IMG/VR virus record: IMGVR_UViG_3300006119_000007
Length of the DNA stretch: 59,230 nucleotides
From: an uncultured virus (IMG/VR IMGVR_UViG_3300006119_000007)
Taxonomy: Duplodnaviria; Heunggongvirae; Uroviricota; Caudoviricetes
Reading direction: 5' to 3' (one strand)
The stretch's first letter is position 1; the number at the start of each line of letters is the position of its first letter. Both the position numbers and the translations under genes were made by a program. Below are positions 46,725 to 55,483 of this stretch, piece after piece. The notes beneath the pieces are model-generated. The model made no database searches. It was not told the DNA's origin and saw only the letters and a list, made by a program, of their open reading frames with translations.

Positions 46725-47261
46725 ATGGCTACAAGTATCAATGATTTAAAGTCAGTTATCTCAAAAAGAGGTGGTGCAGCGGCTCAGGATCGATTCAAGA
46801 TCGAGGTCACTCCTCCATCCGCAGTCGCAGGTGATACTCGTGACTTCACTCTTCTTTGTGAGAGTTGCGCTCTTCCAAGCCGTCAAATACTGACTGCAGA
46901 CTATCAATCCATTCGTCAAGTTCAAAAGATCGCAATGGGTTATCTGAACGAAGAAGTAACCTTTAACTTCATCATGACGAATGACTACGTCGTTCGTAGC
47001 ATATTTGATCAATGGGCTTCTCAAGTCATAAACTTTGATTCATATCGCGCAGGCTATCAAGGCGACTACGGCGGCACGATCAACATCTATCAATTAGCAA
47101 AAGCGAGTTCCGGAGATGACGATAAAGTCGTCTATGGAGTTCGTTTAAAGAAAGCTTTCCCAACAACTTTTAGTTCGATCGTTCTTGATAATAACGCAGC
47201 AAATACTGTTCAAAAATACTCAGTGACTGTCGCTTATGAGGACTATGAAGTACTCTCTTGA
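46725..47261 (+). CDS. Tail tube-like protein (gp54/gp19 family)
   Basis: LCES..LP, F..W, I.IYQL, L..AFP and V...Y motifs; 178 aa. Confidence 0.75.
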   Translation: MATSINDLKSVISKRGGAAAQDRFKIEVTPPSAVAGDTRDFTLLCESCALPSRQILTADYQSIRQVQKIAMGYLNEEVTFNFIMTNDYVVRSIFDQWASQVINFDSYRAGYQGDYGGTINIYQLAKASSGDDDKVVYGVRLKKAFPTTFSSIVLDNNAANTVQKYSVTVAYEDYEVLS

Positions 47262-47296
47262 TTGAATTTTTTATAACCACTAAATCATAACATACT

Positions 47297-48004
47297 ATGG
47301 CACTACCAATCCTTGAAACACCGAAATATGAAGCAAAGATCCCTTCCACTGGGAAGAAGGTTCTTTATCGTCCTTACCTCGTGAAAGAAGAAAAGATCCT
47401 CATGGTCGCAATTGAGTCCGGAGACCAGAAGCAGATTCTTCAGGGTATGAAAGACGTAATTGAAAGCTGCACCTTTAATAAGGTTGATGCAGATAAACTT
47501 GCACTCTTTGATCTCGAGTACTTATTCTTGAAATTAAGATCCAAGTCAGTTGGAGAAGTCTCTAAGATCAATATCAAGTGTGAGAAGTGCCAGAAACCTA
47601 CAATGGTTGAGATCAATCTTGATCAGATCGATGTGGACACCTCAAAGTCTCCATCGAATAAGATCAAACTCACTGATAAGGTTGGAATCACGCTGACTTG
47701 GCCAAAAGTAGACTTCCTTACATCTCTTGGAGAAAAGACTCCAGAAGAACAGAAGGAAGCCTTATTTGATATCGTAATCAAGTGTATCGATACGATCTAT
47801 GACGATAAAGCCATTCATAAGGCAGCAGATCAATCCCACGAGGAACTCGTTCAATTTGTAGAATCCTTAAATCAATCTCAATTCCAAAAGATTCAGGAAT
47901 TCGTAGAGAAGATGCCTAAGTTAGAACATACGGTGGACTTCACTTGCTCTCACTGTAAGGCAGAAAATAGCATCACTCTCCGAGGACTCCAGAGTTTTTT
48001 CTAA
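47297..48004 (+). CDS. gp26: Baseplate hub assembly protein gp26-like
   Basis: MALP....P.Y, RP.LVKEEK.L, FD.EY.FL.LR.KSVGE, two CxxC pairs and a GL.SFF end. Confidence 0.88.
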   Translation: MALPILETPKYEAKIPSTGKKVLYRPYLVKEEKILMVAIESGDQKQILQGMKDVIESCTFNKVDADKLALFDLEYLFLKLRSKSVGEVSKINIKCEKCQKPTMVEINLDQIDVDTSKSPSNKIKLTDKVGITLTWPKVDFLTSLGEKTPEEQKEALFDIVIKCIDTIYDDKAIHKAADQSHEELVQFVESLNQSQFQKIQEFVEKMPKLEHTVDFTCSHCKAENSITLRGLQSFF

Positions 48005-48192
48005 TAGCCCTCTCACACGATACTCTCGTTAACCATTATCAAACTAACTTTGCAATGATGCAGCATCACAAGTACAGTCTAACAGAACTCGACAACATGA
48101 TGCCGTGGGAGAGGGAGATCTATGTTTCGTTATTAGTTGAGCACGTGAAAGAAGAGAATGAAAGAGCAAAGAAAAGGGCTAACGCAACCTAA
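48001..48192 (+). CDS. gp51-like baseplate hub assembly protein, possibly reached by -1 frameshift from gp26
   Basis: Not in the ORF track. The -1 frame reads LIALSHDTLVNHYQTNFAMMQHHKYSLTELDNMMPWEREIYVSLLVEHVKEENERAKKRANAT*; first ATG is at 48055. Confidence 0.8.
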   Translation, partial: LIALSHDTLVNHYQTNFAMMQHHKYSLTELDNMMPWEREIYVSLLVEHVKEENERAKKRANAT

Positions 48193-48200
48193 TAACACTT

Positions 48201-50594
48201 ATGGCAGACGACACTCAATCAACATTTCAAGATATCTTAAAAGAGATCTCGGCAGTCAATGTAAGTCTCCAGCGCATCTCGATCAATACCGAGATCGCTG
48301 CTGAGGCTGCTATTGATGCAATAAAGCCAAAAGATACAAGAGATTTCGAGAAAGGTTCAATTGAGTGCCTGAGAGCAATCTATAATTTCTTAGATCAGGA
48401 AGGCCTAGGACCTCAGATGCAGTTCAATCTGAGCATGCTGATCCCTATCAAGCACACTCTGGATCGTATGAATGATCGCGTCAAGCTAATGATGGAGGAT
48501 CTTGCTCAATTATTGGTGAACACAACCGAGTCTTTTGAGAATAATGGAATGGCTGATAAGGAAAAAGCAAAGGCCTATCTTAAATTCCAGAAGCAATTCG
48601 ATGAGATACTTGAAACGAATCAGCAACAGAGAGACACTCTTGCTGAGATGTATAAGCTTGAGGAAGAAAGAGCAAAGGAAAAGAAGCTTAATGATCTAGG
48701 GCTTTTAGGTTGGGCTGCAGCAATCGGTGCTGCTCTTGCTGGTATGATCACTGGTTTCATAGCAGAGATCGCGAAGATCGGTAAAAGCCTATATGCTATG
48801 ATCAAGAAGATCTTTAATCTTGATAAGTTATTTGCCAAGTTGAAATCGATCAATATTGGAGAAGCTTTTGCAAGTGCCATTGAGGCAATAAAGAACTTCG
48901 GAGGAAAGATCGCAGCTAGGATCGAAAGCATTGTGTCATCTTTTAAAGAATCCGAGTTTGGAAAGAGTCTAATATCTGCCTTTGAATCGGTAAAGAATTT
49001 TGTATCAAAGATAGGCAAGAACATCGCTGAAGACTTTGAGGAGTTCATGAATGCGGTGAAGAACTCACCACTTGCTGAAGACATTAAAGCTGTAATTGAT
49101 GGCATCAAGAAATTTGGTTCCAGTTTAGTTGAAGATGTAAAAGCATTCATTGAAGCCGCTAAGAACTCACCACTTGCTGAAGACATTAAAGCTGTAATTG
49201 ATGGCATCAAGAAATTTGGTTCCAGTTTAGTTGAAGATGTAAAAGCATTCATTGAAGCCGCTAAGAACTCTCAACTCGCAGAAGACCTCAAGATCGTTGT
49301 ATCAAAGATTAAATCGATAGGTTCTGACATTGCCGAAAGCTTCACAAAATCTGTCGAAGCGATCAGTGAAGGCTTTAAAGCTTTTGGAGCTCAGATCAAA
49401 GAGATGTACACTGCGGTGAAAACCTTCTTGACCGAAGGTGAATGGATCAAGGATATCGTTTCAGCTTTTAAAGCAGTCGGTCAAGAATTCGGTAAGCTTA
49501 AAAAGTTATTCTCAACTCTTGAAGAGGGAGAAGAAGCTGTTGGTATCTTTGGTAAGATCTTTGGTCCTTTAATGGAATGGTTCGGTAAACTCAAGTTCAT
49601 TGCCGAGAAGTTTTTTAGCTTTGGTAAAGTATTCGGTGAACTACTCGGTAAATTAGCGCTACCTCTCACAATCATAATGAGTGCCTGGGATGCTATTACA
49701 GGATTCATAGATGGCTTTAAAAATACTCAGGGTGACCTAGGAGATAAGATTATAGGTGGACTTAAGGCTGGATTCTCGAAGGTCGTAGACGGACTTGTTG
49801 GTGGGTTATTAGATTTACTCAAGAACGCAGTTTCTTGGATTGCTGGAAAGCTTGGGTTCTCCAATGTACAAAAAGCATTGGACAGCTTCTCATTCTCTGA
49901 CATCCTAACAAAGATCATTGGAAATACAATCGATGCGATCGTAGGTTACTTCAAGGATATGTTTGGTGGAATACCAAAGATGTTCGATGACTTCAAGAAG
50001 ATGATCACTGGGAAAGGAAACTTTGTGGATCTCTTGAAAGATGTACTTGCAGCTTTGATTCGTACACTTCTTGCTCCTGTTCAGTTCCTAGCAAAAGTTG
50101 CTGGATTTGATATTACAAAGAAAGCATTGACGATGCTAGGTCTACCTACTGGTGATGAAAAGGGTGCAAGCTCTGCAGCTCCCGCTTCAACGACTTCACC
50201 AGAAGCAAGTAATGTAACTGCAACTCCTGCTCCAGCAACTTCACCAGAAGCAAGTAATGTAACTGCAACTCCTGCTCCAGCAACTTCACCAGAAGCAAGT
50301 AATGTAACTGCGGCTCCGACTGGTGCTGAATTGAATAAGATCGGTATTCCAATGGGTCAAACCGCACCAGATCAAATCGCTCCAGCCTCAACACCTACAA
50401 CAGGCGCTGAGATCAATGCTATGCAATCTGATACTGCAAATGCAAATGCTGCAGCTTCAACTCGTGCTCCAGCTCCTTCACCAGATCAGAAACACTCTGG
50501 AACAACGAATAATTCAAGCTCGATCACTTATAACACCAATAATGTTCCTGATAGAACATCTTGGATGATGACTCCATCTTACGCTGGATTCTAA
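48201..50594 (+). CDS. Tape-measure-like protein
   Basis: 797 aa, amphipathic helical with regularly spaced Phe/Trp; directly follows the gp26/gp51 pair. Confidence 0.7.
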   Translation: MADDTQSTFQDILKEISAVNVSLQRISINTEIAAEAAIDAIKPKDTRDFEKGSIECLRAIYNFLDQEGLGPQMQFNLSMLIPIKHTLDRMNDRVKLMMEDLAQLLVNTTESFENNGMADKEKAKAYLKFQKQFDEILETNQQQRDTLAEMYKLEEERAKEKKLNDLGLLGWAAAIGAALAGMITGFIAEIAKIGKSLYAMIKKIFNLDKLFAKLKSINIGEAFASAIEAIKNFGGKIAARIESIVSSFKESEFGKSLISAFESVKNFVSKIGKNIAEDFEEFMNAVKNSPLAEDIKAVIDGIKKFGSSLVEDVKAFIEAAKNSPLAEDIKAVIDGIKKFGSSLVEDVKAFIEAAKNSQLAEDLKIVVSKIKSIGSDIAESFTKSVEAISEGFKAFGAQIKEMYTAVKTFLTEGEWIKDIVSAFKAVGQEFGKLKKLFSTLEEGEEAVGIFGKIFGPLMEWFGKLKFIAEKFFSFGKVFGELLGKLALPLTIIMSAWDAITGFIDGFKNTQGDLGDKIIGGLKAGFSKVVDGLVGGLLDLLKNAVSWIAGKLGFSNVQKALDSFSFSDILTKIIGNTIDAIVGYFKDMFGGIPKMFDDFKKMITGKGNFVDLLKDVLAALIRTLLAPVQFLAKVAGFDITKKALTMLGLPTGDEKGASSAAPASTTSPEASNVTATPAPATSPEASNVTATPAPATSPEASNVTAAPTGAELNKIGIPMGQTAPDQIAPASTPTTGAEINAMQSDTANANAAASTRAPAPSPDQKHSGTTNNSSSITYNTNNVPDRTSWMMTPSYAGF
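49059..49270 (+). repeat. 102-bp (34-aa) exact tandem duplication in the tape-measure-like gene
   Basis: aagaactc... units start at 49059, 49161 and 49263; KNSPLAEDIKAVIDGIKKFGSSLVEDVKAFIEAA occurs twice. Confidence 0.9.
50193..50311 (+). repeat. 45-bp (15-aa) tandem repeat, about 2.6 copies
   Basis: acttcaccagaagcaagtaatgtaactgc at 50193, 50238 and 50283 (TSPEASNVTATPAPA). Confidence 0.9.
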
Positions 50595-50598
50595 CAAT

Positions 50599-50629
50599 AA
50601 AAAAGGGAGAGGTTTTAGCCTCTCCCTTT
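50599..50629. terminator. Intrinsic terminator between convergent genes, probably bidirectional
   Basis: aaaaaaGGGAGAGG-ttttag-CCTCTCCCttt; 6-U tail on the minus strand after gp32. Confidence 0.85.
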
Positions 50630-50658
50630 GCATAATATAGTGACTTTATTGCAGACTA

Positions 50659-51588
50659 TCAGTCTTCCTTCGCTAGCTTTGCGAAGTAACTAAGTGTACC
50701 TTCGTCTTCATTGGAGTCATCACTGTCAGCCGCAGCTGGACTGGAAACTGAACGTGGAGCTGAAGCAGCTACCGAATCTCTACGAGGAGCTGGCGTGCTT
50801 TCTTCAAGATCAGTTGTAGCTGCTGTTGCAAGCGACTGACCTGTATCTCCGAGTACTTCCTTTAACTTCTTGGAAAGTTCTGCATAGGACTTATAGTTCT
50901 TTGGATCTGTAAATTCTTTGAGAGAATAAAGATTATTATAGACGTCTTCAAGTTTACTTTCATCTCCACCGAAAAGAGGAGCGGGAGAAGCAAACTCGGA
51001 CTTATCATAATTACGATATCCTTCAACATTACGGATCTTTAACTTAAAGTCTGCACCTTCCCAGAAGTCGAATGGATTGACTGGTTTCTCGTCCTCGAAC
51101 TGAGGCTGCATGATGTCAACGATCTTATCAAAGATCTTTTTGCCAAACTTGTATAAGAACACCTTACCATCATTTGATGGATTGGCTGTATCAGAAACTA
51201 CAAGGATGTTTGCAACATAGTGTAGGCGACGCTTCTGAGCGCGAGCGATTTCTTTATCTTCTTCTCGGCCAGAGTTCCAGAGTACGGAATTCAACTCGCC
51301 TACAGGATCAGTTTGACCGATCGAAGTCAGAGAGTTCTCGATGTACCAGCGACCTGTTGGGCCTTTAAAGCCGTGATCCCAATAACGGATCCAAGGAAGA
51401 TCTTCTCCCTTGCATGCTGGAAGGAAGCGAATAACTGCGTATCCATTTCCTGCTTTATCTACGGTTGGAGTCCAGAAACGATTATCCTCATAGGATTTCT
51501 TTTCACCTGCTCCACCAACTTTTTCTGCTGCTGCAGTCAACTTATTGATTGCGCTAGCACGATTTTTCTTTAGATCTGCGAATGACAT
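50659..51588 (-). CDS. gp32: Single-stranded DNA-binding protein gp32
   Basis: D.RFW...DKAGNGYAVIRFLP, WYIENSLT, FGKKIFDK, RNYDKSEF and an acidic tail ending LSYFAKLA. Confidence 0.95.
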   Translation of the reverse strand: MSFADLKKNRASAINKLTAAAEKVGGAGEKKSYEDNRFWTPTVDKAGNGYAVIRFLPACKGEDLPWIRYWDHGFKGPTGRWYIENSLTSIGQTDPVGELNSVLWNSGREEDKEIARAQKRRLHYVANILVVSDTANPSNDGKVFLYKFGKKIFDKIVDIMQPQFEDEKPVNPFDFWEGADFKLKIRNVEGYRNYDKSEFASPAPLFGGDESKLEDVYNNLYSLKEFTDPKNYKSYAELSKKLKEVLGDTGQSLATAATTDLEESTPAPRRDSVAASAPRSVSSPAAADSDDSNEDEGTLSYFAKLAKED

Positions 51589-51641
51589 AGTATTTTATTA
51601 GTGTAGTATTGTTTTGTATTGTTTGTATAACAGCGTATCAT

Positions 51642-51669
51642 AATATAATCACCCTTTAGCGAGTGTAAA
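51642..51669 (-). promoter_or_regulatory. Sigma70-type promoter TTTACA-N16-TATATT upstream of gp32
   Basis: -35 at 51664-51669 and -10 at 51642-51647. Confidence 0.5.
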
Positions 51670-52272
51670 TCTTTTAAGAACAATGTCCTTATATTTTTTA
51701 AGATCCACATTTTGCTTCAGGAATGGTCTATACTTTAGAACCTTACGGTGGAAATCCGGCCAAAAGATTGTCTCGGTTACCTTCGTTTGTTTCATAAAGT
51801 TGACCATGAGATCGAGTATCACCAAAGTTTCTAACTCAATGGTATGCTCGGTATAGAGTTTTACAATGAGCGGAGGATTATTTCCATGACTCGTTAATAA
51901 GTTATCGAAATAGATCTTATTCCTCTCACAATAATTCCCTAGTGTATCGACTTGTTCAGTGAAGAAGTACGTCATGGATTCTTTCTTTTTAAGCCAGAAT
52001 CTATAAGCCTCATCACTTACTGGATCGACAAGATCTCCTGCCCAGCAACCACCTTTCTCACGAAGAGTAAAGTTTGCCACTAGGAAGTCGACCAAAGTTT
52101 GTTTGTCAGGATACTTCTTTGCTAGTTTAGCGAAAAAGAATCTATCCTTACGTTGAAAGAACGACTTGGCTTTCGCTGAAGTTTTATAGTTGTACTTAAA
52201 TACGTCATAGTCGTCACTATCAAAGTGAAGACGAACAGCATTATATATTAAGTACGCATCCCAAGGTTGCAT
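51649..52272 (-). CDS. gp59: Helicase loader gp59
   Basis: Y..Y.A..LHF....YD..KY, F..RKD..FF.KL, ETL..LD and KY.PF motifs; adjacent to gp32. Confidence 0.88.
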   Translation of the reverse strand: MQPWDAYLIYNAVRLHFDSDDYDVFKYNYKTSAKAKSFFQRKDRFFFAKLAKKYPDKQTLVDFLVANFTLREKGGCWAGDLVDPVSDEAYRFWLKKKESMTYFFTEQVDTLGNYCERNKIYFDNLLTSHGNNPPLIVKLYTEHTIELETLVILDLMVNFMKQTKVTETIFWPDFHRKVLKYRPFLKQNVDLKKYKDIVLKRFTLAKG

Positions 52273-52274
52273 TA

Positions 52275-52508
52275 TTATTTTATGAAACTATCGAGAGAAT
52301 TGCTCTTGGGTAATAGATTAGCTTTCATTGCCTCGGCTTCAATCTTAGATTTGATAGTAGGAGCAATAAGTTTACCCATATCAGCGGGATCGAGGTGTCG
52401 TTCATCACACACGTGAAGGACGGCTTCTGTATATGTCATTTTTTCTGTTTGAACCAGCTTTTCGACAATTGCAGCTAATTTTGTTTTTGTTAGAAGATTA
52501 TCCAGCAT
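52275..52508 (-). CDS. gp33: Late-transcription coactivator gp33
   Basis: VE.LV....M.Y.EAV...C.E...DP....KLI...IK.KIE.EA...NLLPK. Start placed at ATG 52508, just below the promoter. Confidence 0.85.
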   Translation of the reverse strand: MLDNLLTKTKLAAIVEKLVQTEKMTYTEAVLHVCDERHLDPADMGKLIAPTIKSKIEAEAMKANLLPKSNSLDSFIK

Positions 52509-52523
52509 GTATTTGATGATTGA

Positions 52524-52552
52524 ATTATATACACGATTTATAAAGCTGTACA
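52524..52552 (-). promoter_or_regulatory. Sigma70-type promoter TGTACA-N17-TATAAT
   Basis: -35 at 52547-52552 and -10 at 52524-52529. Confidence 0.75.
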
Positions 52553-52588
52553 GGTAATAATAATTCGCCACTCAACTTTATATTCGAA

Positions 52589-53842
52589 TTAATTATCTAT
52601 ACGTCTCTCGAAGACTCTTAATAGGACTATCTCTTCATTGACTCTGCCATTCGGCTTAGACTCTTTTGTAGTAAGCTTGCTCCAGGCATTCTCGATTTGT
52701 TTAGGAGTGCCATTTAAGATTATAGGTAGTACCTCATCAGGTTTTCTGAGACGAATACACCTGCTAGCTTGTTCATCGATATTCTTTAGAGATGTACCTT
52801 TTATGAGTATACCATTTGCAGATTGCGCAACATAGTCAAACAGCGTTCTTGTTTTAACATTGAATGCTAAGAGACGATAAGCGCCTGCAACTCGAATAGG
52901 ATTCACTGAAGTGATCTTGAAATCATTATCTTGTTTACAATACTTTAATCTCTCAACCTGCCTCATTGCAGAAGGTAGCTTCTTCTCTCTTGGAGCTCTC
53001 TGGGCTTTTGCAGTGTGTTTAAACTTGTTTAAGTCCTGAGACATTGATTCCAGAGCATCAATACGAGCTCTTAGCTGCTTAGCATTAAGATACCTATATC
53101 CTTCTACGAGATCTGGATCAGTCTTATCAAGAGCAGCTTGCATTGAGTCGCGATATCGATTAAGCCAATTTAAAACCTGAGTGCATGATGCTGCGGGTAG
53201 ATCATATTCTCTCATCTTATCATAAACCAGAATACCCTTTATATCAGTGTCGGCGTCCATCCAGGTATCAAGCATGATATCGAGATCAAGAATAATTGTT
53301 GATTGAGTCTTCTTCTGAAGACGAACCATAGGTGATATTGCGGATTCAACTGAGGTGTCTTCTGCTAAAGCTTGTGCTTCTTCACGAGCCTTTGATCCTT
53401 GAAGTATAGCATCAAGAATTGCTTCTCTCACGAAATCTTCATCTGAACGTGCAGTTCCTCCAACTCCTGCCATCTTATCATGATAAGCCTGAGCTTCAGG
53501 ATGTATAGCTGGCATGCCTCTATTCATACTCGTGCAAAGTCCTCCAGCGGTGACTCCAGGACAGTGGTCAGGTGACTTATTAAAAGTTCTAATCTCCTCT
53601 TTTGTATAACCATGTGTCGACATCCAATCGACAACTGCAGGTCTTAATTCTTTTGAGGTAAAGTAATAAGAATAGAAATTAATCGCACGAAATCTTTCCT
53701 GCATGAATTCATCTACAGTCCATGATTGCCAATTATCCCAGATAGGTTCTTTACCAGTGTATCTCTCGTCTACAACTGGCTTTATTGCAGGCTTGTGTTT
53801 CTTTTTTTGTTTTGAGGCTTTAAGGATAGAATCAATAGACAT
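52589..53842 (-). CDS. Conserved hypothetical T4-like protein
   Basis: 417 aa with L.EGY, S..P....GA..L..FN.K.R, KGT, LRKP and NGR.N motifs, typical of a gene upstream of gp33. Confidence 0.75.
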   Translation of the reverse strand: MSIDSILKASKQKKKHKPAIKPVVDERYTGKEPIWDNWQSWTVDEFMQERFRAINFYSYYFTSKELRPAVVDWMSTHGYTKEEIRTFNKSPDHCPGVTAGGLCTSMNRGMPAIHPEAQAYHDKMAGVGGTARSDEDFVREAILDAILQGSKAREEAQALAEDTSVESAISPMVRLQKKTQSTIILDLDIMLDTWMDADTDIKGILVYDKMREYDLPAASCTQVLNWLNRYRDSMQAALDKTDPDLVEGYRYLNAKQLRARIDALESMSQDLNKFKHTAKAQRAPREKKLPSAMRQVERLKYCKQDNDFKITSVNPIRVAGAYRLLAFNVKTRTLFDYVAQSANGILIKGTSLKNIDEQASRCIRLRKPDEVLPIILNGTPKQIENAWSKLTTKESKPNGRVNEEIVLLRVFERRIDN

Positions 53843-53851
53843 ATAGAATTA

Positions 53852-54124
53852 TTAAACTTCAACTGAATTTATAGAATCAAGACGGAATGAACGCCAACCG
53901 AACTTTTCGAGGTCAAACGCTCGAATAGTATCTAGGTTCTCTTTACGAGCAGGCGCTTCGTCATCATTCTTTTTCGATTGAGGTCTATGCTCTATAGGAA
54001 TAAAGTCCCAAACCAATGTGCACTTCATGTCACGCTTAGTACCATCTACTTTCGTGAAATTGATAGTCACAGCTGTTTCTCTTAAGAGATCAATCAATTC
54101 TTGACGGACATATTTTGTCTTCAT
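53852..54124 (-). CDS. WYL_2/SH3-like beta-barrel protein
   Basis: V.F.K.DG..R.M.CTL...(F/W)DLEK.GWRSFR motif. Confidence 0.75.
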   Translation of the reverse strand: MKTKYVRQELIDLLRETAVTINFTKVDGTKRDMKCTLVWDFIPIEHRPQSKKNDDEAPARKENLDTIRAFDLEKFGWRSFRLDSINSVEV

Positions 54125-54131
54125 ATAAAAT

Positions 54132-54159
54132 ATCTTATCACGCTCTCGTCAAATGTACA
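54132..54159 (-). promoter_or_regulatory. Sigma70-type promoter TGTACA-N16-TAAGAT
   Basis: -35 at 54154-54159 and -10 at 54132-54137, 7 nt upstream of ATG 54124. Confidence 0.6.
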
Positions 54160-54166
54160 ACACAAA

Positions 54167-54291
54167 AATGTTTATTTGCTAGAGGCTATTTCGTAAAGTC
54201 GCTTTTACGATAGATAAGTCACCATGGGAGTGACTGAAATCTTTTGAGTTTTCTACTTCGTGACTGAAATAGGCTCTAGGAAATAAACATT
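54167..54291. repeat. 26-bp imperfect inverted repeat enclosing internal hairpins (candidate structured RNA or cis element)
   Basis: 54167-54192 aatgtttatttgctagaggctatttc versus the reverse complement of 54266-54291, aatgtttatttcctagagcctatttc (24/26). Confidence 0.75.
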
Positions 54292-54317
54292 AAGTGTCAA
54301 TTAACTAGCGATATTTA

Positions 54318-54764
54318 TCAACGATAGTATTTCGAGACCTTGTTCCAATAGATCTCAAGGTGTGATTGCTTTTCGTCGTGACGAGGATGAAATACTCGTT
54401 TCCAAGCTGAACCGCCGCCATTCCAGATATAAGCTAGTTCTTGAGCAGTGGCTTCACGATGTTCTACACGAAGGATATAGTCATTGTAGTATGTAAGAAC
54501 TTTAAGCGCGATCTCTCTAGCTTTTAAAGGGTTTTCAGCATCTTCAAGAATATAAGTTTCGTGACGTGAAATGCGATTTGCGTCCTCGATCATTTCTTTA
54601 CGGATCTGGAGAATACCGTAAGCTTTACCATGATCACCTCTTTGAACGTGAGGGTTATTGTGACTCTCAACCATTGCGAGAGCATTGACTAATTCTAATC
54701 TCTTATCAAGAGAAAGACCATAAGCTGGAGCGATAAGACAAAGTATAAGGATAATGTGTTTCAT
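54318..54764 (-). CDS. Secreted lysozyme-like protein (destabilase or transglycosylase fold)
   Basis: Signal peptide; A...VES....A/V..GD.G.A.G.LQI; ...IWNGG; Y..KV motifs. Confidence 0.7.
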   Translation of the reverse strand: MKHIILILCLIAPAYGLSLDKRLELVNALAMVESHNNPHVQRGDHGKAYGILQIRKEMIEDANRISRHETYILEDAENPLKAREIALKVLTYYNDYILRVEHREATAQELAYIWNGGGSAWKRVFHPRHDEKQSHLEIYWNKVSKYYR

Positions 54765-54770
54765 GGTATT

Positions 54771-54799
54771 ATATTACTTTATTTCCAAGGATTTGTACA
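54771..54799 (-). promoter_or_regulatory. Sigma70-type promoter TGTACA-N17-TAATAT
   Basis: -35 at 54794-54799 and -10 at 54771-54776. Confidence 0.6.
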
Positions 54800-54836
54800 T
54801 AATTTCGAAAAATATAACTTATTGGTAATCAACTAC

Positions 54837-55076
54837 TTACACATCGGCCTCAGAATCTCTTTGTTTTATTTCAGTGAGTGTAAGCTTATCATCACCCTTT
54901 AAATGCTTTCGAGGGTTGCCACACATATGGCATGAGCATGATGCAGGATGTTCAGATTGTTTCTTTGCCCAGAGGATTCTTTCCTCTTCTGTTGAAAATT
55001 GTAATTGACGAGATCTATTCAATGATCTCTTGAGAGCTTTTTCTTTTTGGAATCTTCTCTCAGCTCGATCGTGCAT
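54837..55076 (-). CDS. Small basic protein with CxCxxC motif
   Basis: 79 aa; RAERR...CSCHMCGNPRK...T..E. Confidence 0.7.
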   Translation of the reverse strand: MHDRAERRFQKEKALKRSLNRSRQLQFSTEEERILWAKKQSEHPASCSCHMCGNPRKHLKGDDKLTLTEIKQRDSEADV

Positions 55077-55077
55077 A

Positions 55078-55326
55078 TTATGAGTTAACGATCTTATTCA
55101 CAAGTGCCTCGAATTCTTCAACCTTCTTGACTCGATTTGGCCACTTGATATAATCCTTCTCAGGATTCTTCTTTAAGTTCTGGAGAAGCGGCAATATCAT
55201 TGAATGCAGTTTCTCAAGCTTCTCTTGAGCGGTTGCTGCTGCTTCTTGATGGATCACTGTAGATTCGAGTTCACTCTCATCTACTGCAATGAATCCAAAG
55301 TCAAACGTCTCTTTCTGGTTCGTCAT
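55078..55326 (-). CDS. Conserved hypothetical phage protein
   Basis: FDFGF.AVDE.EL...I.PLL.NLKKNPEKDYI.WPNR. Start placed at ATG 55326. Confidence 0.75.
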   Translation of the reverse strand: MTNQKETFDFGFIAVDESELESTVIHQEAAATAQEKLEKLHSMILPLLQNLKKNPEKDYIKWPNRVKKVEEFEALVNKIVNS

Positions 55327-55477
55327 ACTCTGGTTCTGGTTCTTTAGGTTGTTGGTAGTCAAAGTCTTGTTTGTGTTTTGGAGAGACGGTGGCTCTTATG
55401 TATTCCGAGTCACTCTCGTCGTCGATCAATGGAACCGTACTGATACAGACTTTATCGTCATAATGAATGATGTTCAT
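55301..55477 (-). CDS. Small acidic hypothetical protein (58 aa)
   Basis: Not in the ORF track. MNIIHYDDKVCISTVPL...EPERDV*; starts 6 nt below the promoter at 55484 and overlaps the next gene's start. Confidence 0.5.
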   Translation of the reverse strand: MNIIHYDDKVCISTVPLIDDESDSEYIRATVSPKHKQDFDYQQPKEPEPEYDEPERDV

Positions 55478-55483
55478 GAGTGG

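Noticed and set aside
48620..49252. 210-aa antisense ORF inside the tape-measure-like gene
   Set aside because: It mirrors the sense-strand repeat and has no plausible independent promoter or family motifs.
54167..54291. Possible tRNA (cloverleaf-like arrangement of hairpins)
   Set aside because: No T-loop (TTCRA) or D-loop consensus, and the closing stem is far too long. Kept only as an unclassified structured element.
54814..54840. Weak palindrome taacttattg-gtaat-caactactta upstream of a promoter
   Set aside because: Only 7/10 symmetric and a single copy in the window; insufficient support.
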